From Mobula hypostoma (taxonomy: Eukaryota), in NCBI RefSeq assembly GCF_963921235.1, contig NC_086097.1:18602001-18666000 (forward strand): a stretch of DNA of 64,000 nt, written 5' to 3'. The notes under the pieces are model-generated. The model ran no database searches. It had not been told where the DNA came from and was given only the letters and a program-made list of their open reading frames with translations. Below are positions 12,564 through 25,586 of the stretch, in pieces (positions within the stretch are counted from its first letter, which is position 1; each line of letters begins with the position of its first letter). Made by a program: the position numbers and the translations under genes.

Positions 12564-13469
12564 CAATGTCGTAAAATAATAAAACATGAAAACTTCCAAG
12601 GGGGTTGAACACTTTTTATTGGCACTGTACATTGTAAAATTGCCCTGTGATTAAGCTAGTGTTAAACATGTGGGTTGCTGGGAAGCTTTCAATAAAATAA
12701 ATTTAAAAATGGTCACCTGATTGGAATAGTAACTAGTGGTCCTTGTGGGCTTCGATTTCATGGCTGGCCAATTGTTTATTGGGCTGGGCTATTGCCTCCT
12801 ATAGCTTGTGTATCTCATAGATTCTGGCACTGCCCAGTTCTTTAAAATGCGAAGTCCCTAAACTCAAGTCATTCTCTAATCAATGCTATGAAAGAGAGTA
12901 CATGGCTTTAACCTTCTTCAGATTAGGTAACTGAAAACGACTGGCCGATCCTAACAGTTTATCCTCCTCATTCCAACCTCCTCCAATAACACTGACGACC
13001 ACTAATTTTTTTTGAAAGTGGTGTTTCCTCAGAGGTTTTTTATGGTTATGGTAGACCACTGGAAGGTGAACACAAATATAATTTCATACTACTTGTATCA
13101 AGTAGGAATTTGGAGAAACAAGGAATCAACTTTTATTGAATATAATGCATGTAATTGCATGACAGTGCTGACACTTCGCAATTGTTCAACTAAGCTAAAA
13201 ATATTTTGTTGATGATTTTCTTTGGTACTTGGTGCCTGAGGCTTCTCGCATAAATGCCCAACAATAATAAGCCAGGTTAATGGATATCAGGTTTCCTGAG
13301 ACTGTTTCTCCATGATTACAATGTTCTGGTGAAACTTTTCACTATACTCATCAAAGACAGCGCTAAGATTTGCAGGGAAGAAGTCTGAAAGCGAATGCAG
13401 AAAATGAATCTTTAGTGACATGTTGCACTTCCTGGTTTTCTATGATTGAAGTATGTTGGCAATCAGCTG

Positions 13470-14425
13470 TACTTGAAATGAATGCTAACATTGCATTTGC
13501 CTTCCTCACCACCAACTCAACCTGCAAGTTAAGGGTTAGGGTGTTCTGCACAAGGACGCCCAACTTTCTTTGCATCTCAAATTTTTGGATTTTCTTTCCC
13601 TTTAGAAAATAGTCAGCACATTTATTTCTAGTACCAAAGTGCATGGCCATGCATTTTACAACATTGTATTTCATTTGCCACTTTTTTTCCCATTCTTCTA
13701 ATCTGTCTAAATCCTTCTGCATCCTACCTGTTTACTCAACACTGCATGCCTTTCCACCAATCGTTGTATCCTCTGCAAGCTTGGTGACAAAGCCATCTAT
13801 TCCATCATCTAAATCATTGATATAGAGCATAAAAAGAATCTGTCCCAACACCAACCCCCAGGTAATACCACTAGTCACTGGCAGCCAACCAGAAAAGCAT
13901 CCTTTTATTCCCACTCACCTCCTCCTACCAATCAGCCAATGCTCTAACGATGTTAGTAACTTTCCTGTAATATCATGGACTCTTAACTTGGTAAGCTGCC
14001 TCATGTGTGATACCTTGTCAAGACCTTCTGAAAGCCCAAATATACAACATCTACTGCATCCCCCTTATCTATCCTACTTGTCATCTCCTCAAAGAATTCC
14101 AACAGGTTCATCAAACAAGAATTACCCTTAAGAAAACCATGTTGACTTTGTCCTATCTTGTTCTGTGTCACCAAGTACTCCATAATCTCAACCTTAACAA
14201 TTGACTCCAAAATCACTGAGGTCAGGTTAACTGGTCTATAATTTTCTTTCTGCTGCCTTCCTCCTTTCTCAAAGAGTGGAATGACATTTGCAATTTTCCA
14301 GTCCTCCGGCAGCATGCCAGAGTCCAATGATTTTTGAAAATTCATTGCTAATGCTTCCAAAACCTCTAACACAACTTCTTTCAGAACCCTAGGGTGCAGT
14401 TCATCTGGTCCAGGTGACTTATGAT
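13470..14425 (-). mobile_element. CR1 ORF2 RT fragment
   Basis: 'KSPGPDELHPRVLKEV...PEDWKIANVIPLF.KG..Q.ENYRPV.LTS...SQHGFLKG.SCL.NLLEFFEE'. Confidence 0.93.
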
Positions 14426-14836
14426 AAATAAACAAGAAAAACTGAATTACAGTATTATTTAACTGAATTTATATATATATATACGTTAAGAATAGTAGTG
14501 CAAAAATGAGAATTTTTGAAAAGTAATGAGGTAATGTTCATGGGTTCAATGAGCATTCAGAAATTAGGTTTCAGAGGGGAAGAAACTGTTCCTGAATCAC
14601 TGAGAGTGTACCTTCAGGCTTCTGTACTTCCTTCCTGATGGTAACAATAAGAAGAGGGCATGTCCTGGGTGGTGGGGGTCATTGATAATGGAAGCCACTT
14701 TTCTGAGGCACTGCTCCTTGAAGATGTCTACAGAAGCTTATGATGGAGAAGACTAATTTTAGAACTCTGCAGTTTGCTACAATCCTGTGCAGCAGCACCC
14801 CATACCAGACGTTGATTCATCCAGTCAGAATATTCT

Positions 14837-15080
14837 AGAAACATAGAAGCATAGAAAACCTACAACACAGTACTGGCCCTTTGGCCCAGAAAGCTGTGCC
14901 GAACATGTCCTTACCTGAGAAATTACCTAGAGTTACCCATAGCCCTCTATTTTTCTGTGCTCCATGTATCTGTCCAGGAGACTTAAAAGACCCTATCATT
15001 TCCACCTCCACCACCGCCGCCAGCAGACCATTCCACACACTCATCACTCTGCATAAAAAACTTACCCCTGATATCTCCTC
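14837..15080 (-). mobile_element. Young CR1 3' end with 6-bp TSD
   Basis: TATTCT at 14831-14836 and 15081-15086; CR1 tail repeats. Confidence 0.9.
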
Positions 15081-15447
15081 TATTCTCCATGGTGTACCTG
15101 TAGAAGTTTTTGAGTGTTTTAGGTGACAAACCAAATCTCCTCAAACTCCTGACGAAATACAGCTGCTATCTTGCCTTCTTCATAGCTGAATCAATATGTT
15201 GGGACCAGGTAAGATCCTCACAGATATTGACAAACAGGAACTTGTAATTGCGCACTCTCTGCACTCCTGATCCCTCTATGAAGATTGGTTTGTGTTCATT
15301 CATCTTACTCTTTCTGAAGTCCATGATCAGCTCTTTGGTCTTACTGATGTAAAATGCATTGTTGCACCACTCATCTAGCTGGTATATCTTTCTCCTGTAC
15401 ACCTTATCATCAACATTTGAGATTCTGCCAACAATGGCTGTATCATC

Positions 15448-16120
15448 AGGAGGAGAAAATGGCGATGCGATGCAACTCGCAGTGGCCACTCCGGTGGTGA
15501 TACCTGTAACCTGTCAAGTAGGGTGCTGTGCACAATCCTGATTTGATGGAGATAGACGTGAGCGCATGGAGGAACATCTGGTGAAACTTCTGAAATGCCC
15601 GCTTCGCTGCCGCTGCTACTGTGTGATCCAGAATCTCTGGAGGGGAAGGCCCCGAGTCCTCGGCTTTGCTTGTTGCTCGGCAGCTGGGCGGGATCGAAGC
15701 GCTCGACAGAGGATGGCGCTCAGTGCTCTGTGTCGGAGGGCTGGTTGGAGGCTCGAAGTTTTCGGACGGACTCAGAGCCCGCTGCGGTTGGGTGCTTCCA
15801 ATGGTGCAGCATCGGCAAGTTTGCGGCGCTTGGAGGTTCATGGCAGGGAGAGTTTCTCCCTTCTATCATCTGTGTGAGATGATGAGGCTATCGGAACTTT
15901 GAGACTTTTTTTTTACCGTGCCCATGGTCTGCTCTTTATCAAATTACGGTATTGCTTTGCACTGTTGTAACTATATGTTATAATTATGTGGTTTTGTCAG
16001 TTTTAGTCTTGGTTTGTCTTGTGTTTCTGTGATATCACTCTGGAGGAACATTGTATCATTTTTAATGCATGCATTTCTAAATGACAATAAACGAGAACTG
16101 AGTGTCCTCATAATCATCAT
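15448..16120 (+). mobile_element. Non-autonomous retroposon family A, apparently full length (~670 bp)
   Basis: Starts 'aggaggagaaaatggcg'; CpG-rich body; ends 'gacaataaacgagaactgagtgtcctcataatcatc'. Confidence 0.82.
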
Positions 16121-16939
16121 AAAAAAATAATCATAAAGAAAAACTATAGATGGTATTTGAGCTATGCCTGGCCAGATAGTCATGAGAGAGTACAGAGAGA
16201 GTAAAGCAGAGCGTGCATCAGTGTTGATTGTCAGTGAAGTGGAGATGTTATTAACAATCCATTGTCCAACAAATGTGAGGAGCCTAGGATTTGTCTTGGT
16301 CACCTACTTTATATCCAAAGTGGAGCTCAAAGGCTTTCTTAATTAGAGGAGTCATGCTCTGTCTTTGAGATTTAAGTGCATACTCACCACAAGTCCGACA
16401 GAAAGTATTGCACCTGTTGCAACTTTGGCGATACATTTTGCTATCACAACCAATCCTGAAAATACAATTACTTTATTATAATGAGTACACACAATGAGTA
16501 TGAGTGTAGAGCATGCAGATCAATGTGATCGCAAACCGATGTACATGTAAAGGCAATGCATAGAACGGTGCTTTTATAACCTCTCTAAACCATGCGGTAT
16601 CCACACTGCCTAAGCATGCCCAAGCATACCTGGACAAGATAGAAAGTTTTCCAGCTTGCATTGTGGGCAGTATTTTAATTGGCTTGAGTTATGAATTGAA
16701 ATAACAAATATAGGCAATTTCAAAAAAATGGTGCATGACAGGAAAATCTCATAGTGATTTTCAGGATCAGCAGCCCAAAGTCTATGAGATACATCCACAT
16801 GTACTTAGGAAGCAAAGTTGTTGTTGTCCAGTGTAATTTGTAGAATGCCTCCTACATTTTACCTAAAACCAATGTCGTCTGCCTCATTTTTCACATATTC
16901 TACCGAACCTCTTAATTCCCTAATTCAATTAAGTAGAAT

Positions 16940-18250
16940 CATAGAGTGATAAATCTCTACAGCACAGAGTCATGCCCTTCAGCCCATCTAGTCCATGTTA
17001 TTCTGCCGTCCCATCAACCTGCACCTGGACCAGACCCCTCTATACCCGTCCTATACATGTAGAACATAGAATAGTAAAGCAAGACCTTGGCTCACAATGT
17101 TGTGCCGAACCAATTAAATTAGTAATCAAACAACTAACTGAACTAATCTCTTCTACCTACACAATGTTCATACTCTTCCATTTTCCTCACATCCATGTGT
17201 CTATCTAAACGTCTCATACAAGTCTCTAATATATCTGCCTTTACCATCACCCTAGAGAGCGTATTCCAGGCACCCACCACTCTGTGTCAAAAATCTTTCC
17301 ACTCACATCTCCTTTAAAATTACCCCCTCTGCACGTAGACAACTTCCTCAGCTCTGCCTTCATCAATCACCCTCATCACCTCGTCAAAAACTCATTCTTT
17401 AGTTTGGGAAACACAACTTACCCCACACAAAGCCATGCTGACTCTCCCTAATTAGGACATCATTTTCTAAATGATTATAAATTCTATCCATAAGAATTCA
17501 CTCCAGTAATTTCCCTACCACTGACTGAGACTCACCGGTATATAGTTTTCAAGATTATCCTTGGTGCCCTTCTTGGATGATAGAACAACAATGCTCTGAT
17601 CTCCCTTTCCTCCACATCCTTGTCCTTGGTGATTACTGTTGTAAAGTACTCATTAAAGACCTCACCCACATCGTTTGATTTTGAGCAAATGTTTCCCTGT
17701 TATATTTGAGTGGTCCACCATCTCCCTAGTTATCCTCTTGCTTTTGATGTATGTATAGAATACCTTGGGATTCTCTTTAATCCTACCTGCCAGGACTTTC
17801 CATGGCTCCTCCTGGCTTTCCAGATTCTCTTCTTAAGTTCTTGTCTGGCTGCTTTACAATTCTCAAGGGCTCTGTTTTACTCTAGCTTCCTAAGCCTTAC
17901 ATACTTTATCTTTTGCTTCTTGAATAAATTCATCATCTCTGTCGACATTCAAGGTGCTCTGACCTTACCAACCTTGCCCTTCCTTCAGATGGGAACATAC
18001 CTGCATTGTGTGCAGTTGGATTAAACACCCTTCACATGTCAGATGTGGACTTTCCCAAAAACAGCTGTTCTCAATTAACTCGCTCTAGTTCCTACTTAAT
18101 GCTCTTGTAATTTACCTTGCTCCAATTTAATACTCTCCCTCAAAGTCCATACTGATTCTTATCCATAGCTACCTTAAAACTTAAGGAGTTGTGGTCACTG
18201 TTTCCTAACCGTTCTCTCACTGAAAGGTTGGCCACCTGGCCAAGCTCATC
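16940..18250 (-). mobile_element. Cluster of degraded CR1 fragments (3' tails and ORF2 pieces)
   Basis: Antisense CR1 tails at about 16940-17330; antisense 'QHGFV..K..' and EN-RT linker text at about 17340-18250. Confidence 0.7.
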
Positions 18251-18369
18251 ATCCTTTTGCCCTCAGCCTGTGCCGATTAGTTCAATCTCATCCTTTCACC
18301 CTTAACCTATGATCTATAGTTCTCATCTCATCCAACCTCAGTGGGAGAAGCCTGCTTGTATTTATTCTA

Positions 18370-19564
18370 TAGATGCGATGGGAGGTGAGCATCTCGATAC
18401 AAAAGCTATCACTAATGAGATAGTGCTAAGCACTATCGAGGAAGTCAAGAAGAACAACCAACCAGCCATGCTTATTTTCATCAATTTTCGCAAAGCTTTT
18501 GACTCTATTCACCAAGGATGCTGAAGATCCTGAAAGCTCACGGAGTGCCAGACCGTCTACTGAGAGCAATAGAGTCCAGCTATACCAAAACCATGGTGAA
18601 AGTTGTATCACCAGATGGAGAAACCGCAGTGTTCGAGCTCCTAGCTGCTGTGCTGCAAGGAGACACTCTGGCACCCTACATCTTCATAATCGTCCCTGAT
18701 TACGCTCTACGTCAAGCTACCAAAGATCATGACCAGCTTGGTTTTACCAAAAAAACCAGGATGAACCAAAAGGGTCAGGCCAGTTACGCTCACAGATCTC
18801 GATTTTGCAGATCACATAGCCCTGCTCTCTGACTAGTAGGATGAAACACAGCAGCTACTGACAAAAGTGGAAATTGAGTGCAATAAAGTTGGACTTCACC
18901 TAAATGCTAAAAAGATAGAGTACATGGCGTTCAACTGCGATGAAGGTACTCTCAAGACTGTAAAGAATAATACCATTAAGAAAGTCTTTGACTTCAAGTA
19001 CCTCGGGTCAAGAATGATGAGTTCGGAGAAGGACATAAAGATATGGAAGGCGCTGGCGTACAGGGCTATGAACGAGATGAAGGAGATCTGGAAGTCGAAC
19101 CTGACCAGAGGGCTTAAAAAGAGGATCTTCATAGCAGTCATAGAGTCCATTCTCATGTACGGATGCGAGAATTGGACACTCACCAAGATGATGCGAAAGT
19201 CTCTAGATGGTTGCTATACACGAATGCTCCGGATGGCTCTTGACATGAGTTGGCAACAGCACATGATGAATGTCGAGCTCTATGACGACCTACCGATATT
19301 CACCACTAAAATCGAGGCTAGAAGACTGCAACTAGCGGGGCACTGTCTACACTACCCCGAGCTACCTTCCAGCCTAGTTACCAAGCATGGGAGGATGAAC
19401 CCTGGGCGCCCTCCCAATATTACGGTCAACATGCTCCTAGAGGACAGCGGCGCAGCTAATGCAGATGAACTGAACACACTGATGAGGGAGAGGGAGAAGT
19501 GGAGAGTCCGTCATCGTGCCCGACGCCGGCCCCCTCGGCCTGAGTTGATGTAGTAGTAGTAGTA
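18370..19564 (+). mobile_element. RTE-clade LINE, 5'-truncated RT and C-terminus
   Basis: 'FINFRKAFDSIH', 'VLQGDTLAPYIFII', 'DLDFAD.IAL', 'GLHLNAKK.EYM', 'FKYLGS', 'ESILMYGCE.WTLT'; (TAG)n tail at 19551-19564. Confidence 0.92.
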
Positions 19565-19566
19565 AA

Positions 19567-22110
19567 CTTGTGGGCCTGAAGAATGACAAGTCCACTGGTC
19601 CTGATGAAGTGCATCTCGGGGTACTGAAAGAAACAGCAGAGGTTATAGTTGAGGCTTTGGTGATAATTTACCAAAATTCTCTGGACTTTGGGCAGGTCCC
19701 GGTGGTTTGGAAGAAGGTGAATGTCATACCACTGTTCAAAAAAAGGATGTAGGCAAAAGGCAGGTAACTATAGGCCAATTAGATTAACATCAGTAGTTGG
19801 GAAAATGCTTGAAGCTATCATTAAAGAAGAAATAGTCAGGCATCTGAAAAGACATGGATCCATCAGGCAGATGCAGCATGGATTCGGCAAAGGCAGTGGA
19901 TGGAGGGGAACAGATAGATGTTATTTACTTGGATTTCCAGAAAAATAGAGGGCTATGGGTAGTCCTAGGTAATTTCTAAAGTAAGGACATGTTCAGCACC
20001 GTATTGTGGGCTGAAGGGCCTGTATTGTGCTGTAGGTTTTTTATGTTTCTGAAGCGTTCGATAAGGTGCCACATAAAAGACTTCTCCATAAGATAAGGAT
20101 GCATACAGTTGGGACTGATGTATTAGCATGGATAGAGAATTAGTTAACCAAAAGAAAGAAGAGTGTTGGGGTACATGGGTGCTTCACTGGTTGGCAATCA
20201 GTGGTGAGCGGTGCACCACAGGGGTCAGTGTTAGGCTAGCAACTGTTGACGAGATACATTAACAATCCCGAAGAGGGGACTGAGTGTAGTGTTTATAAAT
20301 TTGTTGATGACACTAAATTGAGTGGAAAAGCAAATTGTGGAGAGGATACAGAGAAACTGTAGAGAGATATAGATAGGTTAAGTGAGTGAGCAAGGGTCTG
20401 GCAGATGGAATACAAAATTGGTAAATGTGAGGTTATCCATTTTGGAAGGGAAAATGGAAGATTAAATAGTAAAAGATTGCAGCATGCTACTGTGCAGAGG
20501 GATTTGGGAGTGCTTGCGCATGAAGAGTTATGCTGCAACTGTACAGGCTTCTGGTGAGGCCACACCTGGGGTACTGCGTGCAGTTCTGGTCTCCTTACTT
20601 GAGGAAGGACACACTGGCTTTGGAGGCGGTTCAGTGGAGGTTCACCAGGTTCACCATCTCTGGAGAGATGAGGGGGTTAGACTATGAGGACAGGTTGAAT
20701 TGCTTGGGACTGTACTCACTGGAATTCAGAAAAATGAGAGGAGATCTTATAGAAACATATAAAATTATGAAAGGGATAGACAAGATAGTGACAGGAAGGC
20801 TGTTTCCACTGGTAGGTGAGACTAGAACTAGGGGACATAGCATCAAGATTCAGGGGAGTAAATTTAGGATGAAGATGAGGAGGAACTGCTTTTCCCAGAG
20901 AGTGGTGATTCTGTAGAATTCACTGCCCAATGAAGCAGTGGAGGCTACCTCAGTAAGTATATTTAAGACAAGGTTGGATAGATATTTGCATAGTAGGGGA
21001 ATTAAGGGTTATGGGGAAAGGCAGGTAGGTGGAGATGAGTCCATGGTCAGATCAACTATGATCTTATTGAATGGCGGAGCAGATTCAACAGGCCAGATGA
21101 CCTACTCCTGTTCCTATTTCTTCTGTTCTTACGTCCTTAAAAATCTTCCCTTATGTCTTTCTTTTCTTTTCAAGGTCGTTGGGGTTCTGTCAGAATCCGC
21201 GATCTATAGTTCAAACTACAGTTCTTCACAAGCAGTGGGTGCTGCTGTCAGAGGAAGGTCCCTCTACTCAAATGATCTCTCTCTCTCTCTCTTTTGATGA
21301 GGAGTAAGTGCCTGTCGGTCCTCAATTCGGGGGCTTGGAGAAGCAGCGTGGAATATTGTAACATCAGAACAGTGAGTTGCTGGTCCCTGCCCTCGTTTTT
21401 GCAGGAGTGACCTCGCTGTCCATCGATGGAGTGAGAGAGCCTGTCTGAGATACTGCATGAATCACAAAAGGTTGGTTTGCAGGTGCAGCAGGCTATCAAG
21501 AACACACATGGAATGTTGGCCTTCATTGCTAGAGGTATTGAATTTTAGAACAGGGAGGTTATGCTGCAACTGTACAGTGAACTGGTGAGGCCCAATCTGA
21601 AGTACTATGGGCAGTTCTGGTCTCCTTACTTGAGGAAGGATATACTGGCTTTGGAGGTAGTGCAGAGGAGGTTCACCAGGTTGATTCCAGAGATGAGGGA
21701 ATTAGAGCATGTGGAGAGATTGAGTCATCTGGGACTGTACGCGCTGGAATTCAGAAGGATGAGAGGAGATCTCATAAAATTATGAAAGGAATAGATAAGA
21801 TAGAGGCAGGAAAGTTGTTTCTACTGGTAGGTGAGACTAGAACTAGGGGACATAGCATCAAGATTTGGAGGAGTAAATTTAGGACGGAGATGAGGAGGAT
21901 CTGCTTTTTTGGTGAATTTTCTGCCCAATGAAGAAATATATTTAAGACAAGGTTGGATAGATGTTTGCGTAGTAGAGGAATTAAAGGTTATGGGAAAAGG
22001 CAGATAGGTGGAGATGAGTCCATGGCCAGATCAGCCATGATCTTATTGAATGGCAGAGCAGGCTTGACAGGCCAGATGGCCTACTCCTGCTCCTATTTCT
22101 TATGTTCTTA
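19567..22110 (+). mobile_element. CR1 ORF2 RT-to-3' end, interrupted at about 19943-20050 and at 20525-21454
   Basis: 'KSTGPDEVH..VLKE', 'NYRPI.LTSVVGKMLE', 'QFWSPYLRKDILALE.VQRRFTR'; CR1 3' tail near 22085-22110. Confidence 0.88.
21140..21454 (+). mobile_element. Fragment of unclassified repeat family B
   Basis: Shares 'tttgcaggag(t/c)ga(c/t)ctc...gagagagcctgtctgagatac' with the antisense of 34520-34625. Confidence 0.6.
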
Positions 22111-22254
22111 TCTATAAACCTCATGATTTTGCATACAGTATTATATGAAATTATCCAAGTATATTCCAGTGTGGGTCATTATTGGTTACATAATGTTTAT
22201 ACCCAGCAAACTGTTCTACATATGTATCCATATCCTTGAATCCATAAATAACTT

Positions 22255-23262
22255 GGCCTTCTGTAGATGGATCCTGGACTTTCCGTCAAATCGCCGGCAG
22301 GTGATAAGAGTGGACTCCCTTACCTCTGCCCCTATGACCCTCAACACTGGTTCTCCTCAAGGTTGTGTCCTAATCCCCCTCCTTTACTGTCTGTATACCC
22401 ATGACTGTGTTGCCACCCACAGCTCCAATCTGCTAATTAAATTTGCTGACAATACAACACTGATTGGCCTAATCTCAAATAATAATGAGAGAAGAAGTCA
22501 TCACCCTGACACAGTGGTGTCAAGAAAACAACCTCTCCCTCATTGTTGCGAAAACAAAGGAGCTGGTTGTGGACTACAGGAGGAATGGAGACAGGCTAAC
22601 TCCTATTGACATCAATGGATCTGAGGTTGAGGGGGTGAACAGCTTTAAATTCCTCGGCATACACATCATGGAGGATCTCATGTGGTCTGTACATACCGGC
22701 TGTGTAGTGAAAAAGGCACAACAGCATCTCTTTCACCTCAGACGGCTGAAGACGTTTGGTCTGGGCCCTCAATTCCTAAGAACTTTAGACAGGGACACAA
22801 TTGAGAGCATCCTGACTGGCTGCATCACTGCCTGGTAGGGGAACTGTATCTCCCTTAATCGCAGGACACTGCAGAGAGTGGTGCGGACAACCCAGCACAT
22901 CTGTAGATGTGAACTTCGCATGATTCAGGACATTTACAAAGACAGGTGTGAAAAAAGGATCACTGGGGACCCGAGTCACCCCAACCACAAATTACTCCAG
23001 CTGCTATCATCCGGGAAATGGTACTGCAGTATAAGAGCCAGGGCCAACAGGCTCTGCGACAGCTTTTTCCACCAGGCCATCAGACTGATTAATTCATGCT
23101 GACACAATTGTATTTCTATGTTATACTGACTTTCCTGTTGTGCATACTATTTGTTATAAATTACTATAAATTGCACATTGCACATTTAGACAGAGACGTA
23201 ACATAAAGATTTTTACTTCTCATGTATATGAAAGATGTAAGTAATAAAGTCAATTCAATTCA
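22255..23262 (+). mobile_element. Rex/Babar LINE RT-to-3' end
   Basis: '[21 protein letters not shown]...KFADNTT', 'KTKELVVDYRR', 'SGKWY.SIRA.ANRL.DSFF.QAIRLIN'; (ATTCA)n-type tail. Confidence 0.93.
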
Positions 23263-23427
23263 TTTCAAATATAGAATTTCATGCATATAAATAGTAAAAT
23301 GTTGGTATAATTTTACGTCTATGGTTTATTATAAAATGGATTCAATGTAGTGATGATGAATGTTTGTGTACCTTTAAGAATTGCGGTATGATCTTTGATT
23401 CATTGTTATTCCCAACCATTGATGTTA

Positions 23428-23660
23428 GTGAACCCAGCCACGGATGGCCCAAGCCTGGCTGTGAAAGGAGGAGGGTTGGGCACAGGGCAAGCAACCCCAG
23501 CCCGTAAAAACCAGAGCTACAGAACCGCTAATAGAAGCCTCATTCCTAGGAGATGGACTACACCTGGTGATAATTTGAAAGAGTCCAGGACCAAGGACTC
23601 TGGTATGCAGCCGTCAGCGCCCTATGCCCCAGTAGTGATGAAAGTAAGTATGGATGAGAG
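23428..23660 (+). mobile_element. Short RTE-derived non-autonomous element (5'-UTR piece joined to a 3' end)
   Basis: 'cccaagcc...aaaggaggagggttgggc...agcaacccca.cccgtaaaaa' is typical RTE 5'-UTR text, followed by a 'W.AAVSALCP'-like RTE C-terminus; family recognised from memory. Confidence 0.55.
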
Positions 23661-24289
23661 TTGAAAGTTGATTGCCTTCAATAAAAGGCTTACTGTTGTA
23701 TGTTCTACATCTGTTATCTGACTTGGTAGTAGGTAGCACCAAGGAACCCTCAAGCACTAAAGCTACAAGGTTAGAATTGAAAATCAAGCAACGCTATCAG
23801 TGAGTACGATGCCTTATACAAAGTCTTGTCACTGCGACTTTTGTGCTTCCCTGGTTTGTGCACTGCATAGCAATCCTCTTTGTGGTTTAATCAATGAGTG
23901 AATTCGATCAAAGTTATTAATGACACTGAATTTCACATCTTTTTATGATCCTTACTTGAAAAACTGCAGTAATGTTGGAGAGGGCATTAAGGAATTTTAA
24001 GCATTTCATCTAATGGAAGCTACATGTTCAAGGTCTGATGAAGGGTTTCATCTATTCCTTTCCAAAGATGCTGCCTGACCTGCTGAGTGTGATATTCAGG
24101 GACGAGTTAAGATATTTGTGGCAGCACAGACATCCAAGGAAGAGTGTGGAGTGAAACCAGGTTGAATAGCTTCAATTGGCACAAAGGAAACCATACCCTT
24201 CATCTACGCCAATTTAAAATGGCAAATTATTTTACCTGAAGGTGCTCTGTTTGCAAGCTTAAAGACCAAAAATTACTCAAAACTCAGGT

Positions 24290-25080
24290 TACTGTTTGAG
24301 GAGTGTTTGATGGCTCTGGGCCTATACTTGCTGGAGCTTAAAAGAATGAGGGGGAATCTCACTATAAACTAGTGAATATTGAAAGGCTTTGATAGAGTGA
24401 TGTGGAGAGGATGTTTCCCCTAGATGGGCTGTCTTGGACTAGAGGGCACAGCCTCAGAATAGAAGGATATCCCTTTAGGACATAGATGAAGAGGAATTCC
24501 TTTAGCCAGAGAGTGGCAAATCTGTGAAGGCCAAGCCATCAGATATAGAACATAGAGAACATAGAAAGCCTACAGCACAATAAAGGCCCTTCGGCCCACA
24601 AAGCTGTGCCAAAGGTACTTACTTTAGAAATTACCTAGGGTTACCCATAGTCCTCTATTTTTCTAAGCTCCATGTACCTGTCCAGGGGTCTCTTAAAAGA
24701 CTCTATCATATCTGCCTCCACCACCGTCGCCGGCAGCCCATTCCACGCACTCACCACTCTCTGCGTCAAAAACCTACCCCTGACATCTCCTCTGTGCCTA
24801 CTTCCAAGCACCTTAAAACTGTGTCCTCGTGTTTTAGCCATTTCAGCTCTGGGAAAAAGCCTCTGACTATCCACACAATCAATGCCTCTCATCATCTTAT
24901 ACACAAGCAGAGGTTGTGTTTCAAGAGGAGGTATATATTTCAAGCAGAGGTAGATAGATTTTTGATTAGTAGGGGCATCAAAGGTTACAGGAACAATAAT
25001 AATAAATTAGCTGTGATTGAATGCTGGATAAGACTTGATAGGCCAAATGGCCTAATGCTGCTCCTATGTTCTATGGTCTA
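24290..25080 (+). mobile_element. Old CR1 3' end with a nested antisense young CR1 3' end (about 24545-24905)
   Basis: Plus-strand CR1 text on both sides; minus-strand ORF 'YKMMRGIDCVDSQRLFPRAEMAKTRGHSFKV'. Confidence 0.8.
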
Positions 25081-25586
25081 AAATAACTCCAGGACAAGGA
25101 GGCTGTTTGCACGTTATTGAAGTTAACATAAACCATGTAAAATTGAGCTGATGTAGCACATATGCCAACAGCAATGATGGCAGGAAGCTGAATTTCAAGG
25201 CAAACATATGGTTAAGTGGTCAGTGCATTGACATGGGAATAGATCTGGAAGCAGATTGCTCAGTTATGGGCAATCTGCTGTCTGATCGGAGAGAGTTCAG
25301 CCAAGTATCACTATCAGAGAGTGCAGACAACTTTCAAACATGTTCAGTCACTTAATGAAGACTTTAGGCCAAACAGAATGATTGGGGCATCACAACCATC
25401 AGCAAAAAGAATTACCAGGGGGTTTGGCTGATTACATGAATCGATCGGCACTGATGGACAAAGATTGGCTCTGCAACCAAAACCGGATTGGAAAAAAGTG
25501 TTCAGCCTGACGGCTTCAAAATCAGGTTTAGTCAGTTATTGGGAAATTATCCAAGCATATTTCGGATTTCAACTCAGGTTATTATA

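Larger units (their letters stand above)
10280..12627 (+). mobile_element. Tc1-family DNA transposon (IR/DR-type long TIRs), defective
   Basis: TIRs 'cagtgtctataaaaagtattcacccc' / 'ggggttgaacactttttattggcactg'; TA duplications at 10278-10279 and 12628-12629; the 'tattcacccc' direct repeat recurs near 10482; sits inside a V-SINE. Confidence 0.95.
14470..16280 (-). mobile_element. Rex/Babar LINE fragment interrupted by a CR1 (14837-15080) and by family A (15448-16120)
   Basis: 'DDTAIVGRISN...ISKTKELIMDFRK...YKFL.VNI.EDLTWSQH'; the host resumes after each insert. Confidence 0.8.
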
